From contig JAKMXF010000011.1 in NCBI GenBank assembly GCA_024704765.1, positions 1 to 64,000 of the forward strand: a DNA stretch of 64,000 nucleotides. The letters are read 5' to 3'. The notes under the pieces are model-generated. The model ran no database searches, was not told the origin of the DNA, and saw only the letters and a program-made list of their open reading frames with translations. The DNA comes from Oopsacas minuta. Lineage: Eukaryota > Animalia > Porifera. A program made the position numbers and the translations under genes. Positions 62,953 to 64,000 of this stretch are shown in pieces; the stretch's first letter is position 1; every line of letters begins with the position of its first letter.

Positions 62953-64000
62953 AACATCATCAAGTATTGTGAACCATGGCGTAAAATCAAGAGTAGTCTG
63001 TTCAAAATTTCAGGAAATAGTGAATTCTCATTATGATTAAGGTACTGCCTGACTATAAATAGTATTACGATGGGCCAAATTTACAGACATATATACTACT
63101 AAAACGCGATTAATCTATAAACATATGTTAGGTGCTCCATTTGACTCTTTGTTAGAAAACGCTATCGTTTTCCCTTTTTATGTCCTAAATACAATATTGA
63201 TTCATCAAGTAAAAGATAAAAGGGATCAAATAGAGTTAGTGATACTACTATGAATCTTTGTAATGGTGCTAGTTTCTCTACTTGATGTCCGGTTTTCATC
63301 CTAATAGGAGAACATTATAGTATTTCAAAGATAGTGATATGAAAACTTGGATTTTAGTAGTTTGAGGGTGGTTTTATGTCGGATACTAATATCTTTGGTA
63401 GCTAATTGGGTACTATAGAAGATATTAGCGAAAACAGTTGAGATATGGACTAGTCTCATAAAGCATATTTTGAAAATACTTAAACAATAAATTCCAAAAT
63501 GTAAACGAAAATAAACCAAAAAGAATTATTAAGCGAAAAAGAATCACTTCCAAACTACTCAATTTCAAATTTCAGATCTCTTTCAATGAAAAAACAAAAT
63601 AACTCTGCAAATTTGGATGAAAAACAGATATTTTGAATGAGGCATTCCATGTTAATTCAAAGAGAAATATAATTCTCCTAAAAATATTTGGAATTTGCAT
63701 ATTACAACCTGTAGATCTTGTAATAATACCCTGAAACTTTGACATTTCAATCACTTCATAAAGTCAGGTTATGCCACTTTTGTATCCTGTTTTATTGTAT
63801 ATTTTAGATCCTAGAAACTTAATGCTTTTAGTTAAAACTTGATAATTATCAGGGCAGCAGTATTTGTTTGGATATTTTACCGCCTCCCTTGAAAATTTAT
63901 TTTTCTTCGGAGTGTCGGAAAATTTTCTACACATAGGTTTTTTGATTGGATTCAACCAAACTTGACCAAAAGTTAGTCTATTAGTAGAAATATAATACCT

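Noticed and set aside
57300-64000. Short 60-75 aa ORFs in the AT-rich tail (and similar ones at 5.9-9.5 kb and 12-14.5 kb)
   Set aside because: They have no recognisable motifs, many have non-ATG starts, and their lengths are as expected by chance. Only MITE-like debris was seen.

Overview
AT-rich eukaryotic (invertebrate-animal-like; short GT-AG introns) DNA consisting mostly of nested, decayed class II (DNA) transposons. One apparently intact host-type gene was found, a stand-alone six-bladed NHL beta-propeller (10519-11442, minus strand). Elements recognised by transposase motifs and, where resolved, TIRs and TSDs: 2 P/Galileo-like THAP9 elements, 1 mariner (DD34D), 2 DD37E Tc1-like elements, 3 maT (DD37D) elements (one fully intact), 2 hAT elements, 1 PIF/Harbinger, 1 Kolobok/Mutator-like element with a PHD tail, 1 MULE/NOF-like transposase fused to an OTU domain, several MITEs/foldbacks, and a DINE-1/HINE-like 141-bp tandem-repeat element. 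The standout is three distinct RAG1-like (Transib) transposons with 5-bp TSDs. Their ends follow a shared recombination-signal-like asymmetric rule: CACAGTG heptamer + 17-bp spacer + 9-mer at the downstream end, and heptamer + 8-bp spacer + the same or near-identical 9-mer at the upstream end. Their proteins carry a RAG1 nonamer-binding-domain-like helix, and two have a C-x2-C-x3-GH-type tail, with no RAG2-like gene inside the TIRs. All calls come from reading the sequence by eye; no database search was run.
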